Assembly (NCBI GenBank): GCA_040954595.2
Contig: CM082586.2
Location: 2,423,124 to 2,487,123, forward strand
Length of the DNA stretch: 64,000 bases
Origin: Balanoglossus misakiensis
Taxonomy: Eukaryota > Animalia > Hemichordata
Reading direction: 5' to 3'
Made by a program: the position numbers and the translations under genes. Of this stretch, positions 1 through 15,300 are shown one piece after another; position 1 is the stretch's first letter, and every line of letters begins with the position of its first letter. The notes beneath the pieces were generated by a model, which was given only the letters and a program-made list of their open reading frames with translations, searched no databases and had not been told where the DNA came from.

Positions 1-3000
1 GCATTTATTGCAGTGTTATTACAGTAATTGAGTACATACCTTGGTATATTAAAACAACTGCCACAACAGAAAACAAAAACAAAACAACAACAAAACAATA
101 AATGCATCAGAAAGAACCAGCTGCTCAACTGGTTGGTACGTCAGTAGCACCACATTAAAACTGGGGATGAGGGGGGGGGGGGGAGAGAGTGATTCACTTG
201 CGAGATCAACCAGTGATTCTGTCAGACCACAGTTCATCCAGATAGATCTTCTGCTGTCATTCTGATAATGAGTCAAGTTGATGTTGCAACAAAATTCAAA
301 TTCACAGAATGACATCAGGAAAAGCCATGGAATTGAAGGCTTTGGGTATGGGTGTGTTTAAAAAGATGAACTGTATGAATTTCACATTCTTCCAGTGGTT
401 AGAATCACTTGATGATCTGCTAGTGTGAGCTGGGTTTTTATGGATCAGTGTATGATGAAAAGTATCCACAATGATATCTTGGTCACACTATGAATGCAAG
501 GTGGTTGTTCTTGGATCCTTTTTGCCTTCACCACCACCACCAGGAATATATGAATAACTATGTGGCGTATGTGTGTACTGTTGCCACCATCAACTCACAT
601 AGACAGGGGCTGCAGGTAGAGGTGAAAGGTCAATCAGCAGGAAGTGAGACCAGGCAGAGTGCATTGTGGGTACTTATCACAGAACAAGAAACCTGCCTTC
701 TAATTAGTCCTGGGGAAATCTCAAAACAACACCAGGTAAATTTTTCGCTAGAGCTACCTACATATTCTGGATTATCAAAAAAGGTCAAAGTCAGTGAATT
801 CTAAAAATTTACATATATATTTTAAGACTGGTTATAACCTGAAGCATACAGACCAAGTCGCCACAAAGACGTGCACGGTGCACCTTCTGCCTTGTGTATA
901 CCCGAATCAGAAAAAGAAAACAAAAAATGAACATCACAGAGAGAAATAATCTTGCATACATAGGGAATTACAAAGACGTGTTCGCTGTATATCTTTTTAT
1001 TCATGCGTCCCCCAAAAAAGGTTTTGTTGAGTGAAAATACTGCATGGGCAACTATTAGAAAGGCCAAAGTGGTGACATATCTAGATAAGATGATACCGTC
1101 ACTAGTTGGAAAATTTGAGAAGAGAACTGGAAATAGCCATGATTTGAGCGGAAAAAAACTTGCACGAAAATACTGCTGGATATTAATACACAAGCTGCGT
1201 CCATACAGCACAAAGCTATTACAGTTGTGATTATTATTATTTTTCGTTAACTACAATTTTTTTTGATGTCCTGTCGAACAAGAACTGTGTTTGGAGATTA
1301 CGTCAAGGAGCAATCATACATGAGACAAGACTAAATATACATACAAATATATATTAAGAAAATCTGTCCATTATTTTAGAACATTTGTGTAGAAGTTCTC
1401 TACCTCTGGAAACAAAAAACATAAAAAGTGAACTGTAAATAAAACCATATCTGTCTGAAAAACTACATCTAACAAGAACACTAAACCTTCCACATAATGA
1501 ATATAAAAATATGCTCATAGATAATTTTTTTTTTCTCTCCCTCTCTCCAGATAATTTCTCTCGTATGAAAGATCTACCTAGCACAAATACGAATGAGTAA
1601 TAGGTTTATAGTATATTTTTTCTTCAAAGTTCAACTGTTATAAATTCATATTCACTCAGTATATAATTCAGAAAAAAAGAGTCCTACTCCCACAAGATCA
1701 ATAAATGTTTTGTTTACAAATATGTCGCTCTAATAACAAACAAAAACAGATTCATATGCCGGTTTTTCGCCTCATTCTTTCACACGACAAATGTGACAAA
1801 TCTGCAAACATTTCGTTCGATTGAACGAAATTCTGTCCCAATATGAGGCAGCTCTCATAATTCATGAATCGAAAGATTTTAATTTTGTAAATTTTTTCCA
1901 CTCTACAAATCTTAGCCAAGAAGAATAAGTGCCTCAACATTTAGTTGAAACTATAAACCTGTTCACCCCCATTTAACCTGTAGTTTGGAACATTCCAATT
2001 GTTCAAACAATGGATGGGTTCATTTTTTCTGTGACAATGGTTATTGGAAAGGTCAGGCAGCATCGTGTTTTTCTTTCCACGAGTCAAACAATATTTGTGT
2101 CTATTTCGTCAATGCAAACGGTTTTCTGCTTCAACTACGATTTATTTTATACCTATGATTTTTTTTTCTTTGACCCTGATTGGCAGAATCCCTGTGATCA
2201 AACAAGAGGTAGTACCGGGTAAAAACGTGGAACAAACTGAACCCAAAGGAAAGCAAACAAAACGACAACCAACAAAATTAAAAACACCTCCTCAGGAGTT
2301 GGTTCGAGAGGAAAACAGGAAAATCCAACAAGAAGAATGTGCTATCACAGCTCAATAAACGGTATACTGATTTTCTTGCAAAGAACACCCATCAAAATAT
2401 CACTCAAGGTTTTTTTTTCTTCTCAGTAATTTACACAATCAATATCAGAATTTACTTGTCTGTACATCGTACAAATACTTGTCAAAATAAAACGGGATCA
2501 TATTTCAAAATTTGACAGCTTGGAGCCACACGTGTATTTCAACTTTATCGTGTCTCTCATTATACAAGATTTTGTCGTCTGTCTGTGTAAGACTGAGTCT
2601 TCCAAAAAAAAAATACAAACTGATGATTCTGTCCAGCATTTTCACGTTTTTATTCCAAAAATTTGTGCATCAAAAAGTGTCTCAAATTGCCAGATTGACT
2701 GGCACTGGTTTTTGATACGGTTATGTCTAAAAAATTGTCCAAGAAATCAACCGGTGATGACATGACCTTCTATGTACACTAAAAAGGGGTGCTTACAGAG
2801 TGTTGATGACACGTCAACAGATGTTTTATAAAGTGATGTGCTATGTTTGCTGGTTTGAGAGATGTAACATTTCTTGTCAAAAGAGACAATGAATGAATTA
2901 AGGCTCTAGCAATATGTAAACACCCCTTCACTAAAAATGAATACAGCCCAGTACATGAAAGTGAAGCTGGCTTGAACTGCCAACTGTCACAATATATTAA

Positions 3001-3212
3001 AATTTTACGTGTTTTTTTTTTTTTTGCATATTCCAGAAAAAATTTCCACCATTGTTTTGTTAAAAATGTGCCAGCTTCACCATCAATACTGTTTCAACCC
3101 CCATCGACCCCTATCCAATAAATGGAATAACCTCACCAGCCACACAAGACAATGAGGTCAAACCATTTTTCAGGGGGTGTACAGGGGTTGTTCATTCTCG
3201 GGAAAGGTACTT
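1..3212 (-). other. Probable long AU-rich syndecan 3' UTR
   Basis: Follows the stop codon and has no credible ORF. Candidate minus-strand AATAAA at 2649-2654, 2141-2146, 996-1001 and 4-9; the actual end cannot be determined. Confidence 0.5.
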
Positions 3213-3382
3213 CTATGCATAAAATTCTTTGCCTGTGTCTTTCCAGTACATGTTGGGATCTTTGTATTTCTTAGGCTCATCGAGTGAGTAGCTGCCTTCA
3301 TCCTTTTTCCTCATGCGATACACAATAAACATGACAAGGAGTATAGCCGACAGAAGAGCAATTACTCCACCGGCAATTATTG
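3213..3382 (-). CDS. Sdc: Syndecan exon 5: TM + cytoplasmic tail ([56 protein letters not shown])
   Basis: Direct translation of the minus strand gives the canonical syndecan C1/V/C2 layout; TAG at 3213-3215. Confidence 0.98.
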
Positions 3383-6300
3383 CTGAAAGACATTAAGAAA
3401 CAGAAGAGTTAGAACACAAGAAGATGCATTTTTTGTCAATACAGAACCTGCCTAAACCGAACACCAAAAGGAATGTAGAAATTGTTTGCAGAGGCGTCTG
3501 GTTCATAGAGGTTCTTTTGACATGTGGTTCTGATCCCTCAGACGACTCGAATTCACAAGTACCACTCACCGGCAAGTATAGCAGGATTCGTGAACAGCAA
3601 CTCCATGAATGACGTCTGACCGTCTGCCACAGCATCCAAGCCATTTGGAGGCCCGGTACTGAACTCCACATTGCTGCCTTTGTCATCTGGCACAAGATCG
3701 TTGGAAATGGTCGTCATCTTGTCACCAGGATCCACGGTTATATCGTCCCCTTCGTCCGGAATCTTGTTGTCGATCTCTTCAGTTGTTGTCTGTGAACAGC
3801 AAAATTTCATTCATGAGAAATGTCCAAGTGTGGTTCAGGTCCCATCATTGAAATGATGACACGATTCAAGGTTGAAACATGACTCCACAGACTTTTCCTC
3901 TCTCACGCCGGCAATACATCGATCATTCACGCTAAAGGAATTCCTTCATCTCTTTTTTAATTTAATGGCCTATATTTGGCAGTGCTTTTGTACGGGTCAT
4001 TACGCAGACCTTTATTGGACAAGATGGCATGTATGTGAAAGTGAGAGGAATTGTGCAGCACAGAATAGATTTAACTTAATCCACTTTTCCAGTGCTTTTA
4101 GTATACAGAGATTCGGTCTAGAAAAATCAACCCATGACTTAAAATTTAACAAACAAATGCCAGCACAAACTTATATAAATAACAGTGGGGATGAAAACAG
4201 GTCAATCTAAATCACTGCTTTACTGTCAAATGACAAATGTGATAAATGCTTACCCTTCCTGGTTCTGGCTCTGGATCAATAGGTACCTTCGGCTTTACCG
4301 GCTTCTCTGGTTTCTTGGTCGTCTGTTCTTGTTTGGGTGGCGCTTTTGTTACGACTGGTTCTGGCTCGTCTATACCTGCAAGATTTACCCCAAAGAAACA
4401 GGTTTAATGATAAGTCCATCTGTACAGATATGTATATACATGTATTGGTGCTTTTATCCCAGCCAATCACAGCCAGGGACACTGCTCACAGAAACAATGG
4501 ATTTGGGGTAAAACAGCCTTTAATTAGTACCAAGCCATTACCCATATACATAATAAATGCGTGACTGTCTTCAATCAAGGTCACTTTGATTATAAATATA
4601 ATATGTTTGGTCTAATTCACATTGAGGTCAAAGACAGGTATGGAATGTCAAAACAAGTGTGCCATATGATACACACACACTCAGGACACATTACAATCTA
4701 ATTGCCTATATGATGGCAATATTCTTGAAGTTATTAAATGTACATCACAGTTCTAAATGAAGGTTTGACATCTATGCAGACATCTGAGTTCTCAGATGCC
4801 TTTTAGTGATTATCGTAAAACAATGAGTCGCTAAAAGCGCGACCGAGTCCGATGACCTTCAAATGAACATGCAAATTATTCATGGACTGCCTGGCATCTT
4901 TAACATGCCGGTCTATTTCCAGCTTGCTTTGTGGTGTATCCATGGCAACCGCACTGCTCATTCCTCCCGAGGCAAAAAAAAAATTGTCACAGCACAGCTG
5001 AGCAGGTACTGCTGTGAACACAACCGACTGTTCTATAACCGCCAGATAAGACTATGTATATCAAACATCAATTCAGACACCCATCACTTAAATTTACACC
5101 ACCATTTCACTTATGTGAAACTGCCATTTTGGTAATGGTGTCTTTGAAAAACATAGACAGCTACAGAAAAGATGGGTCATTAAACCTCTCTTTATCAACA
5201 CTCACCCAATAAATTCACAACGTATATAAAAGCGGAGCAATTTGTAAGCGCTACATTCAATAATACTGAAATAATGTATATTTCAGTTTAAAAATCCCAT
5301 TACCTGTAGTCTCTTTCACAGACAGTAATACTATTTAATAATTTGATTTACACCCTATCAATAGATGTAATAACCAGTACAAATTGAATTTTTGGAATCC
5401 AAATGGAAGCTGGAGTAACATCAAATTTATAGGCTTCTCTATCAGTTTTTAAAATTTTCTGCAATCGATTTGCAGTACATGACATAAATTTTATGTTGTG
5501 AAGAGTGTTTCTATAACATCCGTTCTGAAAATTTGTATAGTATCAGGTTCATAATATAACAGCTTTGTATATAACTGTCGCATACAGGAAATAGGGATAA
5601 TCATTCTTACCCATAGACTAGTAATTCAACCATTCCAAATTCAGACATTCGCAAAGTGATCCTAGTCCTTGCAGGCAAAAACCATGCTTTTTTTGCATGG
5701 TAGACACTCAGTCTCAGCCAACCCGCATCATTATATGTGTTGATATCTGACAATTTGCATGGGCAGGATTGGTCAAATCCCAATCACATGATATGCAAAT
5801 AACCATGTTCTCATTAGCATAATGATGCCAGCAAACATTAGTTTCTGAATGTGTAAGACATCATAACAGGTCGTTGATGGCTAGAGGCAAACAGACGAGC
5901 TAGTTTTTGTCAGCATGGTTTCAAAAACTAAGCTCTCTCAGTGGATCTTACTGCATTTATGTATTGAGATCACGTCCTTCCAACATTCATCTTGCCAATA
6001 TTGCGGTCTCAAGAGAGTCTCCCGCCTATCATCCTCGGCTGCATCTTAATTACACTTTCTGATCAATGATGTTCACTAACAATGTCCTGAACTCATTATA
6101 AGGTGAAACTCACTCAAATTGTATGTATATGTATCTATGCGTGTATGTGTGTGTGTATGTATGTATGTGTATCAATGGACACATCAGGAACCTGCATGGT
6201 TTAGTTCTCCGATACTCCACCAGGAGCTTCCTGGACATGAGTGTAAATTCACCAAAGTGCACTTGTCCAGACCTCAGACTTGAAAAATGAAAACACCTTA

Positions 6301-9300
6301 GAAATAACCTTCAGAGACTTCAGATCGACAGAAAAGATGCACATGAACAATTTTCATTACATTTTCACACCTAGCAATGTAATATGGTGTCCTGCACTTA
6401 TTTGAGGGCAAATTGAAAACTGAGGCTGATTGGATCAACGTTGCCCAGCTACTGATCGCAATTTCATTTACTTGACCGGAAGCTAAGGAGTTCTGTTGAT
6501 GGCAATAAAATGAACTACACGCAGTGGCAATCTCCTGATCTCTTCTCTGTGCTCTCTCACTGCGACATGACAACAGCCTTGAAAAATCGAAAGTGGGTAA
6601 TCTCTATCAAATCCCAAGACCACTGTCCTCGATTCAAGAGGCCTACAAACTACACGCTACATCAGACTCACACACATTCATATAAATATTATAACCGAAT
6701 TTGTGTGCATTATACCATGGATTAGATATATTTCGGCAATATTCATGTATTATTAGTGAAGGGAATTTCAATATAGACTCCAGTTCTCATGAGATTTCTT
6801 ATTTGCCTGATGGCCATTACAGTTGTACTGAAGTCATTCACGTAGTTCTAACTGAAACATGACGATTACAGTTCGGTATACTGTCCTTCCCCGACGTCCC
6901 AGGCAAATATTCCCAATTCAATCAAGCTTTCAATCTTCAAGATTAAGTGTATTAGCTCCATTGAGATAAATAGATCAGTTTACACTAAATAAATAAATGA
7001 AATAATCAAGTACGCACACACAGTTCTCAACTACGTCATCCATTCTATTGTTTACTCCACACGCTCTTTTTAACCTCCTGTATTTCAAGAGCATTCGTGC
7101 TTATTATCCTATAATTCCGATACACTGCATCTCAATGCCATGTCTGCATCGCAATCAATCAACTCTTCATGTATTTTTGACAAGAAAAAATAATTACAAC
7201 TCGTCCTATTTGAAGAACTAGTTGAGGAATCTACGAGGCTTGATCTAAAGCCATGGACACTGTATTGTGCACTTTGGGAATTAAACAGGCACACGCACAT
7301 TCGTTTTCATTTATTCTTTGAAAGAGAGTGTACGCCTTAGGAGAAGGATATAGCAGGAAATAGGAATAATCATAGATTCTGCTGACAACCGCATTACGGA
7401 TACCTAAGGATAGGGAAAACAGTTTCGTAAATCATTGATTTCTCTGAGTCAGGAACATCAGGAGAATACTAAGAGAGATGAGTGCAATTGAAATGCATGG
7501 ACATGTCTGATAAACATGTTCTGAAAAAATCTTCTAAGTTTCACGAGAAATGTATATCACTTTCTATTGCCCCCCCCCCCTTCCTGTCCCTCACAACCAC
7601 CCTCCCCTCCCTCTGTCTCAATCTCAATTTCCAGCTACCATTGTGCAGTGTGATGGGAAACTGACATGTATGGGATGTAACTGTCCACATAGACACTAGA
7701 CGTGTCACTGGTGGGCTCAGATGGTTCCGTCGGGGAATTTGATTGCGAGCTTTGCAATCAAGCCCACGTGTATACACAGCCGCAGTTGCCTTGTTCTCTG
7801 TCGCAGCTGTGAAGCCATTTCTTGCAACGGTGATCAACGCAACGTGATGAGAATATTTCCACTGTCAACATCTTTGGAACGCAAAAAGATCTGATACGAA
7901 TCTCTGGTTGGTGATAACGTACATTTCCATCATGGCTGGTTGGATCAATTCTTTGAGTGGTTGCAAAGTGATGAGGAAAAGTAGGGCTCTGGCAAGACTA
8001 CTCCATAATTACAGTCTGTGTTTGTCTTTTAGGCTTTTTGGCTGCCTGTTTCAAAGTACTAAATTTAATTACATCGGCTAATTGCCGCAGGGCAGAAAAG
8101 ATAAATTAGTCACGAGGCATTTTTAAGCCTCTCAGGAAGATTACAAATATTGACTGGTTTCTTTTGAAATTTCATAACAGTCAAAAATGTAATTTTCATT
8201 TTCAATAATCCATTTACTTGATGTACATGTAGATCCACAGACAACATTATGCAACCATATAGGATAACTGTCAAATTAGCCAAATTAGATTTCACACCAA
8301 CAAATATTCTAATCAAGTAAAGTTTCTGCCTGCATTTTTTACCTGCCAGAAATACATACAGGTAATCATTTCAGCCTTACAACTGAGCTGTGAAATGGAA
8401 CATTTTCTGAAGTGGTTGAAATGGACACAGGAGTAGAGAAACTGTCAACAGTACTCAATACATTTACGCTCAAAATAACATTTTCCACTCAAATGCCACA
8501 TCTCATGCGATGGATTCTCTGACTTTCTCCTAATATATCTAGGCTGCATGAATTTGCTCAGGTATTTGTTTAACAGAAGGTAGATTTCAGTTTTTATGGC
8601 TATATTGTTTTTCTTGTACTGTGTGAAGATATCATACGATTGAAGCAAACACTCTGAACAAAGACATTGTATGCAAACACCAGTTTCAACGGAGAAACGA
8701 AGATAAGCTTTGAAACTGACATGAAACATGAACGACCACATTGATTTTACAGTCCACTGCGATCTACTCACAATTTTTAGGTCGTCGGAGGTTCTCTCTT
8801 CTCCGTTTGATTTTACGCCGCGGCAGAGATACACGGATCATCTGATGTGTGTGTCACGGCGGCGGCGAGACATTTGCCCAGGTTACATAGACACACGCAC
8901 AGACAATTACAGGTTTATGGAAGATGTAATAGCTTTCTGTGACCTTTAACAGTTATACTATATTTACAGACGTAGCAGACACATGCGTGTGTACACGTGT
9001 GTATGCTTTGCATGCAGAACATCTCAATCTTGGAAGAAGCTTGGTATACACACAAGACTTGGTATGGCCTATGAAGTGTCCATTTCTAATTTGCTGAAAC
9101 TAGGCTAACAATGGGTTAGTCCTGTGTTAGCTTACGTACACCGAACTACACATCTGATGTTACATTTTAGCATTTCGCCGAGATCGCAGTGAACAAATTG
9201 TCATCCTATTTTCCAGATACATGTCCTCATGCACCACCAGTGGAAGCCATATTAAAGATCACTTGGACAGAAACGACTTGTCTCCCGAGAAGCCAAGAGA

Positions 9301-12300
9301 CCATGAAAATACGCCAATCAAATTTCCCTCGGGGGAATTAACCTGGAATAAGGGGATTTTTATCTCTCTCTGGTCACGAAGGTTCACATGAATACGGAAT
9401 AATTAGCGTGGGATACCAAATCATACTGGAAAATACTATAAATAGCTACAGTACGATTATGTGCAATTTCATTAATTTTGCCTCTTTCTGTAGAAATCCT
9501 ATCACATTTATAAAATCGTGATATCAAATACAATATCAATACCTTAAAACAAACAGCGCAGCATTACTTTCCGAAAAGTGATTTCCTGTCGAATGAAATT
9601 ATCCTGGAAAATTACTTCCTGGTAACCAGTTTGGCCTATTTGTAAAAGCCTGACAGAAAGACGCAATTCATTAATCATGAGAGGGATCTCGTTGCTGAAA
9701 TTTTAATTTGTGTATATGCTAATAAAATGCCATAGTAACCAGGTAATAATATAATTCTATTACTGTAATCTACTTCAGTGCTGTTCACTGTCCTCAAAAT
9801 ATCAGTTGATCCAGAATTCTAACCTAGATAATTACACCACTTTTCTCACCCATCCAGAGTAAAGTTGATTATTTTGTAAAAATGAAAAAGCCAAAATAAA
9901 CAACCAAGAAAATATTAATCTCACAGTTGACTGAGTCTGCGGCAGTCACTAAATCATTTTCGGTCGGTTGTGTACATCGTTGATCATATTAGAATGAGCT
10001 GTACACCCAGAAATCTCTCTTCAAGGGCATGTGCCCCGTTGAACAGTATCATTGAGAGAGGATAAAAACCTCTTTGTTTGAACGCTTTGTGAACGCCCCT
10101 AAATGATTTGCTCGGTCTCTGCATGTTTTTGTTCTCCGACGACCTTCTGTTTACACCGAAATGGTCATGAAAATCAGCCTTGGAATTGTGCTTTAATAAT
10201 TCACAATGTCCTCTACATAGAGAACGTCGACACTATAGTACCATCACCTTTACAATTATGTATGCAACTACCAGTGGTTCTCTTTTGTGCCAATGTCACG
10301 TAGATGTCTCAGTCTGTCTGTATAATATTTTCCTAGTCTACGGATAACAGCACTGGCCGGGAAGGTTTATGGCATACAGGCTTGTTAGCAGTAATGATGA
10401 TGCTCTATAAATCCATCGCCGTTACGCTCCAATCCAACATACAACAATGAATCAAGCCTTCATTGTACACTGAGAAACACTCAACCACATATAACACACA
10501 TATAACTGAAAAATTACCTTCAACCTGGCCCCACATGGGATTTCGAAAGCATTATTTTTCATATAATTCGGCTGCCAAGAACAGACTATGAAAAATAAAA
10601 TACCTGTAACCTGAATCCTTCACCTTACTACAGTACAGACATCAGCTGCGGAGCCTGGAAAGCACTGAGGTTGCATACGTCACACAGCACTGCAGCTTGA
10701 TTTTTCTGTATCTATCTCAGATTGCAGAATTCACAAGGCCTAAAGCAGAGTCTGATATATGTATTTCTTCTTGATTCAATATTTGGTTGTCAAATACACA
10801 GGCTGTCTGTCAATAGCTACTCGTACAGCATCAATAAACGGCGGCCATCTACACACAAAGCTATGAGGAGAAAGACACAGTAACACACATACACATCACG
10901 CTCTCACACACACACACACACGTTCCAAATTCGAACAAAGGCAGGCCAAAAAGACAAAAGGTCCCCAAATACTAACCTGATCCTGATTCTTCGAAATCAT
11001 CACCGCCTTCATCATCACCATCACCACTGTATTCCTCGTCAACACCACTGCCGGTAGGTCTCTCATCAATATCTATGACCGGTGGGTCATGTGACTCGCC
11101 TGGTTCCAATGACATACTATTGCTAAGCACTCCGCTGGCCCGCCTCGTGACCTGTGAAATGGAGCAGAAACGACAATGAGACACGCTGTTAAGCATCTGG
11201 ATACACCATGTAAGTTCTCTAACACGCTCATTTCGTGGAAAAATACATTGAAATATTTATCAAGCAAATATCGGCAATTACCCTGTTATAGAATTTTAAT
11301 TTCATTATTTTAAGTGCACTCTCGTTATTAAAATTGTTCACGTACAATGTAACTCTGGTAACTTCAGTCTGTGTGGAATTTCTGCATGCTACATTGTACA
11401 TGTATGCACATTGTATACACATCAACATTACCTGAACAATTACCCTCAGATCATCAGATAAGGAATTAACCATTTGGTCTATATTATGCCAAGGTAATTT
11501 CCTTGTTGCCATGCCATGCATATATTTGGGCAAAGGAGATTTTGGCCACTGGATGGCGCACTTCAATATCGTGTGTCTGCTCCGAAAGAACACTGAAGTG
11601 ATTTTCAGAGTTGACACTGGTGGCGTTGTTCAAAGTTTCTCTACACTGGTTGTCTTGACAATCTTTACGTGAAACCACATGAAGTACAGAATAAATCTGA
11701 CAATGTTATCCTCAAAATTCATGCACACATGCATGCTTCATAAACACACCACTCCCCAATCTGAGCGAGCCACCAAACAGGAAACAGGATGTCTTTCAGC
11801 AGAACTTTCAACATGGATTTCTGAGTACTTTTTGGGGTGTGCCTTGTACATGTACAGTATCTATGTACTCAGCAAATTTATTCAGTATTCACTGAACATA
11901 CAATCCCAACATCTGGAGGAGTGTCTGATGTCAAGATGTTTGGATAACCCCCAATTATCAGGCTGTCCACCCTCCCATGCATGACCTAGTCAGTGTGTGT
12001 TCATAAGCAGGAACCAGTCAGCAGAGGAAGGATTTGACGGCTAGCTACACAAGGCCACAATAATAAGTCCTTGAGTTTCCGTCAGAGTTCACCTCAAGGT
12101 GACATCTGTCCACGACAGCTGCTTTCTTACTCAGTTATAAATTACTGCAGTGAATGTCCAAGATGCCGTACCTCATTCTTTGAGGACAAAGTTGCTATAT
12201 TTAGCACCAGTTTGGTCGTTTCATGGTTCAAAGGAGAACCCATTTACCATATGTTAACAACTCAGCGTGTTTCAGAAAGATGATTATCACTGAGTTCTAA

Positions 12301-15300
12301 ACTTGAAGCGAAATTCACCTATTATCCTACGATGGTACTTTGCATCATTTAGAGCATTCTTGTATCATCTATTATGATCCGAACGACTCTACATGTCATT
12401 GTGTGATTGATGGTGCAGTAAACAACCGTTAAAAAACACTCGTTATGAAGCAGGGTTTACCAACTCCCAAGGTCTCTGGATTTAACACACACCACTCCTG
12501 GGCAACTTTGGCCACAAATTCCACACAAACCAATGTTCTCAATTACAGAATGCGGCTTTAGAGTTGGGGTTTTCCAAAGTAGGTTACTAAACTGACCCAC
12601 CGCATCGATGGCCATGATGACCAGCTTATAAAACGTCCTACTTCAAAAATCTTTGAAACCAAGGAGCTCAGGCATGAAATGAGTGCTTCCCTCCCTGAAA
12701 GCCAATTGTACCCATTCCGATTATTTACGAGTGCGCATCAAGACGCCCCTGGGGGCATGGCTTTGTAAGAGGTTACCTCCGCTGTGTTTACCCATCTTGT
12801 TGGCGGAATTTCTCATGGCTCACCAACGCTCCCCCTGTGTATGCCCTGCCTACCCATCCTCATGCCCTGAATAAAAGGGTCCTGTTTGCAAACACATTAA
12901 CTGCAAATCCAACATAATTAGTCTGGGCTGTCAATAATCAGCTTCATTTCCCTAGAAGCGCTAATAAACGCATTCTAATAATGCATTGTTGTTTGACTAA
13001 GAAGCCTGATCAACTTTAATAACAGCTCTTAATTGGAATTTGCCATTTTCGGCCTTGTCTCATTTCGCTGTCAAATCCGCACGACGGTACTACTTTTTTC
13101 ACTGCCCCGTGATACACTGTTCCCACATACAATGTAGTTCCTGATCCCCCAACAATGGTAATTACAGTTAATGCATGCTGAATTACAGATCATGTTTGCC
13201 CTTACTGTCCTTCTAGCAAGACACTAAACATTCATGACCAGTACCCGCACCATAATTAGTCGGACAGGGAGCTAGCTGATCCCACCAGATACACACACTG
13301 ACCAGCTTTGTGTTACCCTGGCGACGCTAAGTGATGTGTACCTGTGGTATTTCCTAAGTGGAGTGAACCATACTATGATTATGGCTCACATTATTTTGCC
13401 GTAACCGAATCCTTGACTTTTTGATATGATACCCTGGTGGACAGAGATAAGTCACTAATTTTGGAAGCCAGGAGAAGCCATAAGATACTGAACATACACC
13501 CTCCTGTACAGCAGAAATTCGGTTAGCCTCAGCACACCAATCACTATTAAGTCCTCCTGACCTAATGAGCAGTAACTAGCTTTACCATTCACACACAGCT
13601 TCAACCATTCATCTCAATTCCAACACATCTCACATCAGTGCTCTCTCTCTCTCGTTAAAACCACAAATCATTACGGACTTCTTTTTTGGGCTGATCACCC
13701 CCTTTTCACAGAGTGTGACAACCTGTAAAGATCCCTGCAGTTTCTATTCTCCTGGTTGTCGAAAGTTATCTTTGCTCTCTTCACAAACCTTAGGATGGTT
13801 TCATGGAGATTCATTTCAATGGAAATGAACGTCAAAACTAGAAATTTGATGGTCGATGCACAATTAATCCTACTGTCAAAATTAATTGTAGCAACAATAA
13901 AACACACCATGTAGGTGCTGCGTGTAAGTAACATGAACCGACACGTTTCATAAAGCTACCTTAATTTAACCAAGAGCCAGAGTTATAAAAAGAACATGTA
14001 GCCTGTTACAATGAATGTATTCATTACAATACAGGTAAGAGGCTGGCTGCAGTGACAATAACAGAGGAATGCAGCTGCTGGCAACAACAGAAAACCCACC
14101 AACATGGCCATTGTGGGCTGTGTGTAACCAAATATACAAGACAGTCCAGGTTCTTGATACCTGTGTGAAATGCACGATCTGATCCCTCTGCTGGGTCTGT
14201 GGAGGGCCGTGCCTTGTCTGGTTGAAACCCAGAATTATTAGTTTTGGCTTGTGGTGTGAGAGGGCTCCAGGAAACCTAACTGTAACTGTACATGTCATGG
14301 CGTATTTATATCTTTGAATTAAATTTGTATAATTCAAATTTATTTATAGCAATACTCTGAACAAAATATGATGCTCTTTGTAACACCATGGTATGTGAAT
14401 GTGGTGATATGGAGTAAGACTAGTATGTTGCAAGTTAAAGAAGCGAGATGCAACGATGTACCCGCACGTGCGCATAAGCACAGGCATGCACGTACACATA
14501 TACGTACACGTGTGTACATACAGCCTTGTCTTCATTACTTGCAGTATATATGCACAGGTAACCTTATCAATTTCCCCAGCTCCATTTACGGAACAACATT
14601 ATCCCATTCTGCCTTCCCACAAAGGAGAGTCTATTACTGGGAAAAATCCCATTCCGCCGTTCCAAATCTCATCCACACACACACATCTTCCAGCTGAAAT
14701 CCCTTGGGCGTCTTACACACTGAAAGCCCCAATCCCCCTTTTCAGAGTTGCAGCTCGGCTAATAACGTTAGAAAATTGCACCTGTAGGCAAATCAATACC
14801 TGCTGAATAATCTAAAACGCACAGAAGCCCAGAATGTGTTGACAGCAGAGAGAACGTGAGATTTCATATTTGCCTATAATGTCCCCAAGATATATACAAA
14901 CTTTACCCAGGAAGGGGAAATATATAAACAGTGTTTGTATTATTTACTGTAGCATAAATATTAATCATCCGACTTCCTGGTGTGTTTTGTCCAGGTAAGC
15001 CAGATCCCTGAAGCCCTCCAGGGTGTAATTTCTGACGTAAGTTAAGCTCTTTTCCAGGGTCATTAATCTTCCGGCTTTAATCTCGGCCAACATAGGTTTA
15101 TCTTACAGAGACAATGCAATACTGAGGTTATTTGATTCTAAGTGTACACAGCAAATAAAGCAATAACAACACGTTTTAAAAATTTACGGTAGCATACAAT
15201 GTACATATTTTATCGTACTTATGCATGACTGGTAAAAATAAATCAGAAAATTTGCTTCGGTACTATCAATGTAAAATCAGCCATTTTTTTAATTATGAGT

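Noticed and set aside
49-2765. Short ORFs at the window start
   Set aside because: Low-complexity, no homology; region is best explained as syndecan 3' UTR or downstream DNA.
7700-7770. tRNA/SINE-like start (ggtgggctcagatggtt) with a small hairpin
   Set aside because: No B-box (GTTCRANNC) and no cloverleaf.
14455-14522. Alternating purine-pyrimidine tract (Z-DNA-like)
   Set aside because: Degenerate CA/TA/CG simple repeat, common in such genomes, with no functional evidence.
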